IMG/VR virus record: IMGVR_UViG_3300027828_000066
Coordinates: 1 to 36,476 of that record
Origin: a virus
Taxonomy: Duplodnaviria > Caudoviricetes
Strand: one strand, 5' to 3'
Length of the DNA: 36,476 nt
The first letter of the stretch is position 1, and every line of letters starts with the position of its first letter. The position numbers were made by a program, and so were the translations under genes. The notes below the pieces were generated by a model. The model made no database searches. It was not told the DNA's origin and saw nothing but the letters and a program-made list of their open reading frames with translations. Below, piece after piece: positions 6,629 through 16,500 of this stretch.

Positions 6629-7120
6629 ATGCCTGAAAATGAATTACCTGATTTTAAAGCACTACTGCTTATTAACCGGGCCGATATGGATGGGATGCTG
6701 GAAACGCAGGCTAATAGATATATGTTAGCTGTAGAGTGGATGGTAGAGGCTGAGAAAGAAGTTCGAGACCTTACTCAGAAATTCGAGATTATTTGCGCAC
6801 AGGTTTACACAGGATTGAAAAGTCAATTAGATCCTAAAGGTAAACCCCTTACGGATACCGCAACTAAAGTACTGATGCCTGAAAACGCAGAGTACCAGAA
6901 AGCCTATAATGCTTTAACCGATGCAAAAGCAGATCTGAAATTGATGACCGGAAGAGTAGAAGCATTTCAGCATAGAAAAACTATGCTCAAGGAATTATCC
7001 GCCCGTGAAATTTCCGGGTTCTTCGGAGATCCTAAACCGGAATACTCCAGAGAAAAGTTTGACAATGATGTGGATCAGCAGCTTGTGGGCCTACGAAAAA
7101 ATAGGAATACTCAGCTATGA
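6629..7120 (+). CDS. UvsY-like recombination mediator (helical)
   Basis: All-helical, with pattern K-x-T-D/E...AF-x-x-RK-x-ML; neighbours the SSB and RecA-like genes. Confidence 0.5.
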   Translation: MPENELPDFKALLLINRADMDGMLETQANRYMLAVEWMVEAEKEVRDLTQKFEIICAQVYTGLKSQLDPKGKPLTDTATKVLMPENAEYQKAYNALTDAKADLKLMTGRVEAFQHRKTMLKELSAREISGFFGDPKPEYSREKFDNDVDQQLVGLRKNRNTQL

Positions 7121-7317
7121 GAATCACGGAAGTTACATATGAAGCTAATAAAAACCTTGGCAACTATGAAACTGAAAGAATTCGATTAACAGCAGTTGTC
7201 AATGAGAACGAGGACGCGATGGAAGTTCTGGATAATTTACAGGACAAATCTTTAAAATGGTTGGGACTAGATACAACTCCTGATCCTGAAATAGTACGTA
7301 GCCCTAGCGTAAATTAG
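7117..7317 (+). CDS. Small hypothetical protein
   Basis: ATGA-coupled; NLGNYE-x-x-RI motif seen in small phage proteins. Confidence 0.7.
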   Translation: MRITEVTYEANKNLGNYETERIRLTAVVNENEDAMEVLDNLQDKSLKWLGLDTTPDPEIVRSPSVN

Positions 7318-7332
7318 GGTAAGGAGATTACT

Positions 7333-8310
7333 TTGGCAAGCAGGCGAAGTTTTAACAGTGAGGGCCTACAACAAGGGTATGCCTCAGACGTGGAGAATGC
7401 CTCCGCATCAAAAGGAAGTTTTGGAATTTTCAAGGATCTTCCTCAAATTGATTGGTTGAAGTTGAAAGAAAATGAACAGGGAACTGTTCGTTTTGTTCCA
7501 TGGGAAATTGGTGGGGATGAGAAAAAACCCGCATGGTATCTGGCTGTAAAAGTTCACAAATATACAGGCCCGAGAGATAACGGTAGAGATTATCTATGCC
7601 TTGCTGAAAACGGACAGAAATGTCCTTTGTGTGAAGAGTTACCAAAGAAAGCATCAAATAGATATTTCTTTAATCTATTGGTTAGAGAGGGAAGAGAGTG
7701 GAAGCAGTACATTGCAGAAATGAACGCCCCATCTTTTGAAGCATTCTGTAAAGCTTCTGAGAAAACCAACCCGGATACAGGACAGAAAGTTACAAACTAT
7801 TTTATGGACCCGGATACAGGCTGTAGTGTTGGTTACACCGGAAAGCAGATTGTGAAGCAGATCGGGCAGCAGCAAGCTAAATGGATTGAACCTGCGGCTA
7901 TCGGATTCGGGGAACCCTCCGCAATTACCGATGAACAACTCGATGCTGCAATCGATTTTCACAGTCACTTGTATTTCTTTTCAGCCGATGAATTGATACA
8001 GGCCATTGATGGAAATCATCCTCAGAGAAAAGAAGCGGGAGCACCTGCTGCGGTTGATGTTGAACGCGTGGCCCCAGTTGAAAGAGAAGTAACACATATT
8101 CATGATGACACTCCAGTAGTACAGGAAGAGGCCCGCCGTCCAATTATAGAAGAGCCTGAATTGCAGAGAGGGGGCACCCCGGATGTAAAAAAGTGCAGCG
8201 CCGGATTCCCATTTGGTGACAGAGAGCACCACATGAAACATCCTGAATGTCAGAAGTGCCCGGAAGCGGAATATAAAGATTGCGCTAACTTGGCAGTGAG
8301 TAGCACATGA
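7333..8310 (+). CDS. Single-stranded DNA-binding protein, T4 gp32-like
   Basis: TTG start after AAGGAG; VRFVP...H...YLC...CPLCE...RYFFN...FMDPDTG pattern; acidic linker; extra Cys-rich C-terminus. Confidence 0.7.
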   Translation: MASRRSFNSEGLQQGYASDVENASASKGSFGIFKDLPQIDWLKLKENEQGTVRFVPWEIGGDEKKPAWYLAVKVHKYTGPRDNGRDYLCLAENGQKCPLCEELPKKASNRYFFNLLVREGREWKQYIAEMNAPSFEAFCKASEKTNPDTGQKVTNYFMDPDTGCSVGYTGKQIVKQIGQQQAKWIEPAAIGFGEPSAITDEQLDAAIDFHSHLYFFSADELIQAIDGNHPQRKEAGAPAAVDVERVAPVEREVTHIHDDTPVVQEEARRPIIEEPELQRGGTPDVKKCSAGFPFGDREHHMKHPECQKCPEAEYKDCANLAVSST

Positions 8311-9440
8311 GTAAAGTCCGGGAAGCAACTGACAAAATAAAGGAACAGGCTACCCAGACTACAAGCCCGGCTAAGGAAATAACATTCCCCACCGGGCTTG
8401 TTTTATTAGATAGTCTAATAGGCGGGGGACTCCGGCAGGGGTTTGCCTCTGGCGATGTTGTACGGTTACTGGGAGAGAGCAAAGCTGGTAAAACGTATTT
8501 CATCATGGAGGCCATAGCCGCAGCTTATCACAAGTTCCCAAAAGGGAAATTCAAGTGGTTGTACGATAATGTCGAAGGTGGATTTTCTTTCTGGAATGTT
8601 ACGGATCTTCTGGGATTACCTTACGATAGAAATGTGAACTTCACTAAATCGAATACACCGCGTGAAGCCTATCACAAATATGTTAGGTTTTATGATGAGC
8701 TAAAAGATGATGAGTTTGGAATAGTTGCCATGGATTCCCTTGACGGTTTCATGGGAGATTACCAGTTGACGCAATTAGCAGTTGAACAGGGTAATATTTT
8801 AGACGGCGAAAATAAGAAAATGAAAGGGGAATTACGCGCAGAAATTGCCTCGTATATGTCAAAGACTTTCTTTCCCGGATTAACTGCTTACACTGATACG
8901 ACTTCACCTGCCCATAAAAATGTTTTGTTTATATTCGTATCTCAGTTAAGAGACAACCCGGATGCAGCTTTTGGAGGCCGGAAACCCTCTGGAGGGAATG
9001 CAGCGTGGTTTTATTCTGATGTGGTACTGGATCTTGTGAGAAAGCAACCTGTTATCAGGAAAGATTCTGTATTTGAAAATGAGATAGAAGTCGGAACAAT
9101 AGGGAGGGCATGTCTGAAGAAAACCAGAACACCCCGCCCGGAAAGGCACCTCTACTATACTCTCTGGTTTGACTCTGGAGTACAGGAGATTGAAACAAAT
9201 CTGGACTATGTGTATGGACTCAGACAGGACAAGGGGAAGAAACCAGACTGGGGCCAGTGTATTGGGGGTGAGAAAATGTCACCTGTATACTGGAATGGTA
9301 AAAAAATGTCCCGTGAAAAGCTTATCCGGTTAGCTGAGAATGATCCGAAGATTGAAGAAAAATTGAAGGATATGGCAGCGAAGACATGGGAAAAAGTGGA
9401 GGCTTCTGTTGCATCTAAGCGAAGGAAAAAATATGGCTGA
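8307..9440 (+). CDS. RecA/UvsX-like recombinase
   Basis: PTG...LD...GGG, Walker A GESKAGKT, Walker B VAMDS, SQLRD, SGGNA-x-x-FYS. Confidence 0.9.
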   Translation: MSKVREATDKIKEQATQTTSPAKEITFPTGLVLLDSLIGGGLRQGFASGDVVRLLGESKAGKTYFIMEAIAAAYHKFPKGKFKWLYDNVEGGFSFWNVTDLLGLPYDRNVNFTKSNTPREAYHKYVRFYDELKDDEFGIVAMDSLDGFMGDYQLTQLAVEQGNILDGENKKMKGELRAEIASYMSKTFFPGLTAYTDTTSPAHKNVLFIFVSQLRDNPDAAFGGRKPSGGNAAWFYSDVVLDLVRKQPVIRKDSVFENEIEVGTIGRACLKKTRTPRPERHLYYTLWFDSGVQEIETNLDYVYGLRQDKGKKPDWGQCIGGEKMSPVYWNGKKMSREKLIRLAENDPKIEEKLKDMAAKTWEKVEASVASKRRKKYG

Positions 9441-9684
9441 TATGAAGCTGGGATTTTTCGGAGTAAATCCGAAATCTATAAAAACAAAATTGGATGAATT
9501 CTCAGATCTGGAATTACAGACCGCAGATTCTGGGAAAGCATTGGAATTACTCCTGAAAGAAGAGGGAATTAAGGTACCGGATTGGGTACAGTTTTTTCTA
9601 CGTAGGGGGATGATCAGCACACGCCGGGGGATGATTGAAGAATATAATCGATTATACGGTAAAGATGCACTGGTGATGCAGTAA
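9433..9684 (+). CDS. Hypothetical protein
   Basis: Likely ATG 9433 overlapping the end of the RecA-like gene; fits operon packing. Confidence 0.65.
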   Translation: MADMKLGFFGVNPKSIKTKLDEFSDLELQTADSGKALELLLKEEGIKVPDWVQFFLRRGMISTRRGMIEEYNRLYGKDALVMQ

Positions 9685-9693
9685 AGGGGAAAT

Positions 9694-10269
9694 ATGGCAT
9701 ATATAATCGCAATCGATCCCGGTAATTTATACTCGGGGTATGTAATACTAGATACCTCCAGAGGATTCCCCGGAAAGTTGGTTTCTTTCGGGAAGGTTTT
9801 GGAAGGTGATCTTAAGCGGAAAATTGAAGTCGAACTTGGGCCTTATGATGAGCTCTATTTTGCAATAGAAATGGTAGCCTCTTATGGAATGGCAGTCGGT
9901 CAAACTGTATTTGATACTTGCGCAGTTATCGGGAGATTAGAACAGTACTTTAATCTGAAATATACGTTGCAGTGGATAGGGGCCGATCCTGAAACCGGGA
10001 TTAGAAGTCACAGGATTTACCGTAAAAAAGTAAGTGAATTGGGAATTAATTCAACCACTATGGAAATGTGTAAAACCACAAGGGCGAAAGATACAAATGT
10101 GAGACAGGCCGTTATAGATTTATACCCTGCAACCGGAGGCGGGAAAATTCCCCAGATCGGGAACAAGAAAGAACCGGGGGAATTATACGGGGTTTCAAAA
10201 GATGTATGGAGCGCCTTGGCAGTTGGATTAACCATGCAAAGATGGTTAGAAAAAGCTGTACCAAACTAG
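9694..10269 (+). CDS. RuvC-like Holliday junction resolvase
   Basis: IAIDPG...SGY, FAIE, and C-terminal D-x-W-x-ALAV of the RNase H-fold resolvases. Confidence 0.75.
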   Translation: MAYIIAIDPGNLYSGYVILDTSRGFPGKLVSFGKVLEGDLKRKIEVELGPYDELYFAIEMVASYGMAVGQTVFDTCAVIGRLEQYFNLKYTLQWIGADPETGIRSHRIYRKKVSELGINSTTMEMCKTTRAKDTNVRQAVIDLYPATGGGKIPQIGNKKEPGELYGVSKDVWSALAVGLTMQRWLEKAVPN

Positions 10270-10285
10270 GAATATTTCCTGTAAA
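10258..10285 (+). promoter_or_regulatory. Class II promoter (GTACCA-N17-GTAAA)
   Basis: Consensus spacing; straddles the resolvase stop, just upstream of an AAGGAG RBS. Confidence 0.7.
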
Positions 10286-10304
10286 TATAGTAAGGAGACA
10301 CTAT

Positions 10305-10505
10305 ATGTTAGATGATAAAGTATTCCCTCAAACAAATAAAATGGGAGAAGTTTTAAAAACCGAAGGAGGTATGTCACTGCGCGATTATTTTGCAGGGCAG
10401 GCTTTACAAGGCAGGTTATCAGCATCGTTTCACAGTAATGCGGAAGGGCACGCGAAATCATCATATGAAATAGCCGATGCAATGATGAAAGAACGTGCAA
10501 AATAA
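10305..10505 (+). CDS. Small conserved phage protein (GMSLRDYFA family)
   Basis: GMSLRDYFAGQALQG...Y-x-IADAM motif; ATG 10305 after AAGGAG. Confidence 0.75.
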   Translation: MLDDKVFPQTNKMGEVLKTEGGMSLRDYFAGQALQGRLSASFHSNAEGHAKSSYEIADAMMKERAK

Positions 10506-10514
10506 GGAGACACT

Positions 10515-11759
10515 ATGATAGATGGATTGGAAATTGAGAACTTCCAAAGTCATAAGAAATCTTCACTTACATTTCACAAAGGTGTGAATGTAATAGTGGG
10601 GGATTCGGACAGTGGAAAGTCTGGAATTATGCGTTCTCTCCTTTGGGGAATTACAAACAAGCCCTCGGGAGGGGGCTTTGTTTCTCATTGGGCGAAGAAC
10701 GAAAAAGGCCACCAAAATAAACCTTGTTCATCCAAGATTTACAAAGATAACAGGGAGCTGGTAAGGATCAGAGAGAAAACCAGTAATCAGTACAAACTGG
10801 AAGGGGTTGAATCCTTCGGAGCCATGCGGGGAGATATCCCGGAACAGGTAGCAGAATTTCTAAATATGAGTGATGTGAATATACAACATCAACACGATAG
10901 ACCATTTCTGTTATTTGAAACCTCTGGAGAGGTGGCCCGTGTATTAAACCGGGTTGTCAAGCTGGATGTAATTGACAAGGCCCTTTCTGGTATTGATGGA
11001 AAGAAGCGAACGAATAAACGGGAGCTGGATGTTCTGGAAGATGCTATTACGGATTTAAATACAGAGATAGCAAAGTTTGAAAAGCTTCCTGCATTTGAAG
11101 AGCTGCTAATCAAATATGAGACAGCGGATGAATCCCGTGTAAATTGCGCTAATAATACGGAAAGTCTGGAGGCTAATATAGCCCACTGTACAACATTAAC
11201 CGGAGAGCTGGAAAGCTTAAACGAAAAAGCTGTAAATGTTGCTCTGGAGCTGGCGCAGGCCCGTAGTGAAGAGATTGTGGAGTATATTGCCGCTGATGAT
11301 GATTACAAAGAATTAGAGCAAATGATTCTGAGCGTTCAATCTTCAAAGGCTCTTCTAGTAAATGCTGATAATATAGAGGGGACTATAAAAATAACCTCAG
11401 ATTATCAAGAGGCATTGAATACCGTTCATCAATCAAATGAGAAAATAGCGGATCTAAAATATTTGATAACAGATCTGGAAAACTACACATCAGAAGTAGG
11501 GCAGCAACGGTCTCTGACATACGCTCGGAATACAGCACATATGTATGACGAAAGTAAATATTACAGCATGGAACTGAGTTCCCGGATAACTTATTTGCAG
11601 GACTTAATAAAGTCATATGAAGATACACATTATCTGGAAAAACAATTAAGGATTGATGCGAATGATCTGGAGCAATCTATGCCAGATATTTGTCCAACTT
11701 GTAACAGACCATTGGAGGATGATAAATGCAATTCACAACCGCAGCAGACTTACACTTAA
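10515..11759 (+). CDS. Rad50/SbcC-like ATPase, N-terminal half
   Basis: IENFQSH, Walker A GDSDSGKS, Q-loop (QHQHD), long coiled coil, and zinc-hook CPTC at the very end; no Walker B. Confidence 0.85.
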   Translation: MIDGLEIENFQSHKKSSLTFHKGVNVIVGDSDSGKSGIMRSLLWGITNKPSGGGFVSHWAKNEKGHQNKPCSSKIYKDNRELVRIREKTSNQYKLEGVESFGAMRGDIPEQVAEFLNMSDVNIQHQHDRPFLLFETSGEVARVLNRVVKLDVIDKALSGIDGKKRTNKRELDVLEDAITDLNTEIAKFEKLPAFEELLIKYETADESRVNCANNTESLEANIAHCTTLTGELESLNEKAVNVALELAQARSEEIVEYIAADDDYKELEQMILSVQSSKALLVNADNIEGTIKITSDYQEALNTVHQSNEKIADLKYLITDLENYTSEVGQQRSLTYARNTAHMYDESKYYSMELSSRITYLQDLIKSYEDTHYLEKQLRIDANDLEQSMPDICPTCNRPLEDDKCNSQPQQTYT

Positions 11760-12598
11760 GATCTGATCAACCCCGATGTAGAATAGATGAAGACTGGATG
11801 AAAACACAGTTAGATGCGCTCCGGTTTATACTCCAAACAGCCAGAGATAAAAAATGTCCTTTGATATTAAACGGAGACATATTCCATAGAGCTGTATCCT
11901 CAATTGATTTAGTGAATCTGGTACTGGCAGTTTTTCTGGAATATAAGGATGTTAAAGTTATAGCAATTCCCGGAAACCACGATCTTCCATACCACACACT
12001 GGAGAATATAGATAGATCCGCTTACGGGATTCTGGAAAAAGCTGGAGTACTTAAACCACATCCAGACGCTTTCCCTTTCGGATGTGATAACGCAGAGAGT
12101 GTAGCCGGACATGAACTGATTGTAATACATAGATTAGTTTTGGAAAAAGATCCGGGCTTCTATATGGGATCGGACTGTATGTCTGCACATAAAGTACTGG
12201 AAACCTATCCAGATGCAAAATGGATATTGACTGGAGATAACCACGAATCATTTATAGTGAAAAGCGGGGGTGGTACTTTACTGAATCCGGGATCAATGCT
12301 CAGACAGACCGCTGCCCAGATAGATAAGGTACCCTGTATTTATTTTGTAGATACAGAAAAAGATACGGTTGAAAAAATATTTGTACCAGATCCCCCGGAA
12401 ATGGTTGTAAATGATTATCTACTTGAAGAGAAAAAACGGGACGGAAGAATACAGGCGTTTGTTTCTCAGATGAAAACTGGTTCTGGTTTGGGATTATCCT
12501 TTGAAGATAATCTGGAATTGTATTATCAGAACGCAATAGAGGACGGGGTTGAAATCCCTAAAGATGTAGTGATGTTAGTTCAGGAGGTAACACTATGA
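11726..12598 (+). CDS. Mre11/SbcD-like metallophosphoesterase nuclease
   Basis: DLH, GDIF, GNHD, H, GDNH and NPGS motifs. Confidence 0.9.
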   Translation: MQFTTAADLHLRSDQPRCRIDEDWMKTQLDALRFILQTARDKKCPLILNGDIFHRAVSSIDLVNLVLAVFLEYKDVKVIAIPGNHDLPYHTLENIDRSAYGILEKAGVLKPHPDAFPFGCDNAESVAGHELIVIHRLVLEKDPGFYMGSDCMSAHKVLETYPDAKWILTGDNHESFIVKSGGGTLLNPGSMLRQTAAQIDKVPCIYFVDTEKDTVEKIFVPDPPEMVVNDYLLEEKKRDGRIQAFVSQMKTGSGLGLSFEDNLELYYQNAIEDGVEIPKDVVMLVQEVTL

Positions 12599-12846
12599 TG
12601 ACAGAGAGAGAATTCAGTAATATTAAACAGAAATTAGCGGATAAGAAAGAAAACATAGTCAAGGCAAATGCGAAGATGGAACAGGTACTTGAAACACTCA
12701 AAGAGAAATTCAACGCCGATAATCTGGATAAAGCTAAAGAGATCCTTGAAAACATGCTGGTAGAACTGGAAGAGAAAAACCAGATTGTACAGACTCTCGA
12801 AGATGATTTGATTGCAGCTATGGCTACATTGGAGATGCCCGCATGA
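12595..12846 (+). CDS. Small coiled-coil protein of the Mre11/Rad50 locus
   Basis: 83 aa, heptad-rich, coupled to both neighbours. Confidence 0.7.
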   Translation: MMTEREFSNIKQKLADKKENIVKANAKMEQVLETLKEKFNADNLDKAKEILENMLVELEEKNQIVQTLEDDLIAAMATLEMPA

Positions 12847-13439
12847 CAGAGTTCAGGAAGTTCTATGAGCAGCGTAAGGGCGCATTGAATATCCTGAACG
12901 CTTCTCTGGGGAAAAAGCTCACAGAGCGGGATGAGAAAGCAGCAGAGCGATTGAACATTGAGCAGGCTCAAGTAGTTATTCAAACCGTGGCCCAGCAAAC
13001 ACAGGAACAGTTGCAATACCACATAGAGGATTTAGTGACAAAAGCTCTTGAGGCAGTGTTCCCAGATCCCTATGCTTTCCAGCTAAGGTTTACCCTGAAG
13101 AGGGGAAAGACGGAAGCTGAAATATCTCTGGTAAAAGATGGGGAGGCCATGTCTCCAGTATCTAGTACTGGAGGTGGAGTAATCGATGTAGCGGCGTTCG
13201 CTCTCCGGGTTGCACTTTGGGCACTAGGGAATAGTGACAACACTATAATTTTGGATGAGCCTTTCAAGCATTTGAGTGCTGCTTTCCAGCCAAAGGCCGG
13301 GGAGATGATGAAAGAATTATCTGAACAATTGGGATTGCAGTTCATCATGGTTACACATGTAAGGCAGTTAGAGGAATCGGCTGATAAGATGTTCTATGTC
13401 AGCATTAAGAACGGTAAATCGTTAGTACTATCAAGGTAA
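12843..13439 (+). CDS. Rad50/SbcC-like ATPase, C-terminal half
   Basis: Coiled coil, degenerate signature STGGG, Walker B/D-loop IILDEPFKHLS, H-loop VTH. Confidence 0.85.
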   Translation: MTEFRKFYEQRKGALNILNASLGKKLTERDEKAAERLNIEQAQVVIQTVAQQTQEQLQYHIEDLVTKALEAVFPDPYAFQLRFTLKRGKTEAEISLVKDGEAMSPVSSTGGGVIDVAAFALRVALWALGNSDNTIILDEPFKHLSAAFQPKAGEMMKELSEQLGLQFIMVTHVRQLEESADKMFYVSIKNGKSLVLSR

Positions 13440-13440
13440 T

Positions 13441-15042
13441 ATGGAAACAACACACGGATTTAGAATCGCTAAAGTTATGCAGGGAAAATTACGGGCAGAT
13501 TTTGAAACTACCCGAAGAGAATACCTGAGAATATTGGGCCAGATAAAGGCGCTCTACGGAGCGAAGCCTGAAAAGATCACAGATGGAAAATGGTATTGGT
13601 GGATTGCTGATAGTGATAGAAATAGATCCGTCCTGACAAACCTCGGATTCACAATTGAAGATCCTTTTGATAAGGATATTGAATTGCCGGGGACGTCGGG
13701 CCTATTGCGTAACTACCAGAGAACAGGGGTTCGGTTCATGGATAGAACTAACGGCTCGATGATTCTCGGGGATGATATGGGACTGGGGAAAACATGCCAG
13801 TCCCTTTCTTACGTTGCTATGACAAACCGATACCCATTGCTGATTGTATGTCCTGCTTCTCTGAAATTAAACTGGGAAAGGGAATACGACATGTGGTGCT
13901 TTGGGCGGGAACCTGTTGAAATATTATCCGGGAGAAAACCACACTTGATCGGGGCAAAAGTTGCAATTATAAATTATGATATTTTAAGCTACTGGAAAAC
14001 AGTAATCATGAGATGGAATCCAAAGCAGGCAATATTTGACGAAGTCCAGTACATAAAGCGAACGAATAACAGCGTGGCTGCAAGGACAAAAGCTGCTATT
14101 CAAATATCTAGAGGACGCTCTACAATCTTCTTATCGGGAACCCCTATCAAAAGTAGACCTTATGAATTCTTTAATTTGTTGAATCTACTTGACCCGGAGA
14201 AATTCCCGTCAGCTCATCAATTCGGAGCGCGGTTTTGTGCCCCTACCCGAAATCACTTTTCAGGGTATTTGGAATATAAGGGAGCGACAAACCTTGCAGA
14301 GTTGAACGCCCTTCTGAAACCTTTAATGCTCAGAAGACGGAAAGAAGATGTACTTAAAGAACTTCCTCCGAAGCAAAGAATTGTTGTACCACTTCCCGTA
14401 GAATTCAAGTATATGAAGGAGTACCGGGATTTAGAATCGGCTATTCGAAACAATAAGGCTACTGGGCGGGAAGCTCTACAAGTACGGAACAAGGTAGAGG
14501 CCCTGAAACAGTTGGCTGTAAAAATGAAAATGAAATCTGCAATTGACTGGATAAAGGATTATCTTGAGGACGCGGAGAAGCTGGTAGTCTTTACGACGCA
14601 TACAGCGCCCCTTGATCAGTTCATGGAAGTATTCGGAGATATTGCAGTCAAAGTAAATGGAAAAGTCACTGGGGACAAACGTCAAGCTGCTGTTGATAAA
14701 TTTCAGAATGATCCATCCTGTAGGTTGTTCTTTGGGAACTTGCAAGCGGCGGGGGTTGGATTAACTCTGACTGCTGCGAATGCTACAGCTCATATGGAAT
14801 TCGGGTGGACTCCAGCGGATCATACACAGGGAGAGGACAGGGTACACAGGATAGGACAGAAAGCCGATTCGGTTTTCGCTTATTACATGGTAGCCTCGGG
14901 AACAATCGATGAATGGCTGATGGAAATACTGGACGATAAACAGAAAGTAGTTGACGCGGTGCTTGATGGAGTAGATACAGAAGAGAGTATGATGTTAACA
15001 GCACTCATGCAGAAATTTCAAAACACAAGGATGATTAAATAA
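13441..15042 (+). CDS. SNF2-family (SMARCAL1/HARP-like) helicase
   Basis: DDMGLGKT, CPASLK-x-NW-x-x-E, DEVQ, LSGTP, RRRKEDVL-x-ELPPK, GVGLTLT, QGEDRVHRIGQ. Confidence 0.92.
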   Translation: METTHGFRIAKVMQGKLRADFETTRREYLRILGQIKALYGAKPEKITDGKWYWWIADSDRNRSVLTNLGFTIEDPFDKDIELPGTSGLLRNYQRTGVRFMDRTNGSMILGDDMGLGKTCQSLSYVAMTNRYPLLIVCPASLKLNWEREYDMWCFGREPVEILSGRKPHLIGAKVAIINYDILSYWKTVIMRWNPKQAIFDEVQYIKRTNNSVAARTKAAIQISRGRSTIFLSGTPIKSRPYEFFNLLNLLDPEKFPSAHQFGARFCAPTRNHFSGYLEYKGATNLAELNALLKPLMLRRRKEDVLKELPPKQRIVVPLPVEFKYMKEYRDLESAIRNNKATGREALQVRNKVEALKQLAVKMKMKSAIDWIKDYLEDAEKLVVFTTHTAPLDQFMEVFGDIAVKVNGKVTGDKRQAAVDKFQNDPSCRLFFGNLQAAGVGLTLTAANATAHMEFGWTPADHTQGEDRVHRIGQKADSVFAYYMVASGTIDEWLMEILDDKQKVVDAVLDGVDTEESMMLTALMQKFQNTRMIK

Positions 15043-16439
15043 TGCCGAATAGATACGAATTTTCTAAGGTGGATATTTCCCCAGAACGAAAGATAATATT
15101 GAACATGCTTACGCAGACAGACTTCCTTCGGGAGTTTGTGGAATACCCACTACATTTTCAAACACCCTACGCGAAAATAATATCTAAATGGTGTATTGAA
15201 TTTTATCAGGATTACCAGACAGCCCCTAAGAAAGATATTGATCAACTATTCCTGAATAAGAGATCAATCATGCAGGACGATGATATAGAGGTGATTGGTA
15301 GATTCCTGAGATCCCTATCTGATCAACTGGATACAGAACAGAAAACGTTCAATCTCCCGTATGAAATAAAGACAGCCGAAGAATATTTACAGGAACAATC
15401 CCTGAAGGACTTCAAAGAGACTTTAGATCAACACATGGAACGCGGGGACTTACGGGCAGCGGATGCCCTGATAGCCCGTTATAGCCTCCCGGAGAGAGGG
15501 GCCGCGATCGGTTCGGATTTACTCTGGGATGAAGATGTTATCCGGGAAGCTTTTGCGATGGGTGATCCATACGTAATGAAATATCCGGGAGTACTGGGAC
15601 AGGTTATTCCGGGAATGTATCCGGGAGAAGTTACCGGGTTTATGGCCCGTACTGGATTGGGAAAAACATGGTGGATGATTTACACAATGCTGAGAGCTGC
15701 GGAACTAGGGATTCCTGTTCTGTTAATTTCTCTGGAAATGTCTGTAACGGATATGATGAAAAGGATCTGGCAGGCCCGGTTAAATATGCGAGCTATTCAC
15801 GATACAAATCCGAATGTGAGCGTCGCTGAGTTTGTAAAAATGGAGGGTATGGACTACATCCAGCACAATGATATTGAGGCCGTTAACCTGAAGTTGGAAG
15901 ATGTTCTTACGAATCAGAAAGGATTACGGTATTTGTGGCAGGGAACACAGGCGAAGGTATGGGCCTATCCAACAAATACTTTGAGAATGGGTGGTTTGAA
16001 AAACGATTTAATGCGGGCCAGTCAGAGAGAGGGATTTCAACCACAATTAGTTTTAATCGATTACCCTGCAATCATGGATAATTCTGGAAAGGATGAAAGG
16101 AGAATCCGGGTAGAGCAAACATGGGTTGAATTAAAGCAACTTGCTTCTGAATTAAACATAGCTATCATGGGAGCCTTACAGGTAACAAGTGATAAATTGA
16201 AACCGGGACAACGCCCGGACTTGACCAGTATCCCCGATGCGAAAGTTATATCTTCTCATATGGCCCAGTTGTTCGCATTGTGGACTACTAAGAATGATGA
16301 GGGAAAAGGCGTGATGCGGGTTTCCCCTTTGAAATCCAGACACTCCGGGAGGAGTATGGGGGATGCGGTTATTACTTACAACCACTCAATAGGACAGGCG
16401 TACATAGATTCCCGTCTGAGTTCAAAAGTAGCATTTTAA
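15042..16439 (+). CDS. DnaB-like replicative helicase
   Basis: Walker A ARTGLGKT, ISLEMS, LIDY, LKQLA-x-E, K-S-R arginine finger. Confidence 0.85.
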   Translation: MPNRYEFSKVDISPERKIILNMLTQTDFLREFVEYPLHFQTPYAKIISKWCIEFYQDYQTAPKKDIDQLFLNKRSIMQDDDIEVIGRFLRSLSDQLDTEQKTFNLPYEIKTAEEYLQEQSLKDFKETLDQHMERGDLRAADALIARYSLPERGAAIGSDLLWDEDVIREAFAMGDPYVMKYPGVLGQVIPGMYPGEVTGFMARTGLGKTWWMIYTMLRAAELGIPVLLISLEMSVTDMMKRIWQARLNMRAIHDTNPNVSVAEFVKMEGMDYIQHNDIEAVNLKLEDVLTNQKGLRYLWQGTQAKVWAYPTNTLRMGGLKNDLMRASQREGFQPQLVLIDYPAIMDNSGKDERRIRVEQTWVELKQLASELNIAIMGALQVTSDKLKPGQRPDLTSIPDAKVISSHMAQLFALWTTKNDEGKGVMRVSPLKSRHSGRSMGDAVITYNHSIGQAYIDSRLSSKVAF

Positions 16440-16493
16440 CTATTGACATAATAAATGTGATGTGCGATAATCACATTATCAAGAGTTACAGGG
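16437..16493 (+). promoter_or_regulatory. Class I promoter with conserved leader, copy 2
   Basis: TTGACA 16443-16448, 17 bp, TGc-GATAAT 16466-16471, ATCAAGAGTTACAGGG 16478-16493. Confidence 0.9.
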
Positions 16494-16500
16494 AGCACAC

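Noticed and set aside
6453-6728. 91-aa + strand ORF in the track
   Set aside because: It runs through the tRNA-like gene, a terminator, a promoter and the next gene; no RBS.
12383-12411. GTACCA...GTAAA inside the Mre11-like gene
   Set aside because: The spacer is 18 bp rather than 17 and the site is deep in a CDS; not counted as a class II promoter.
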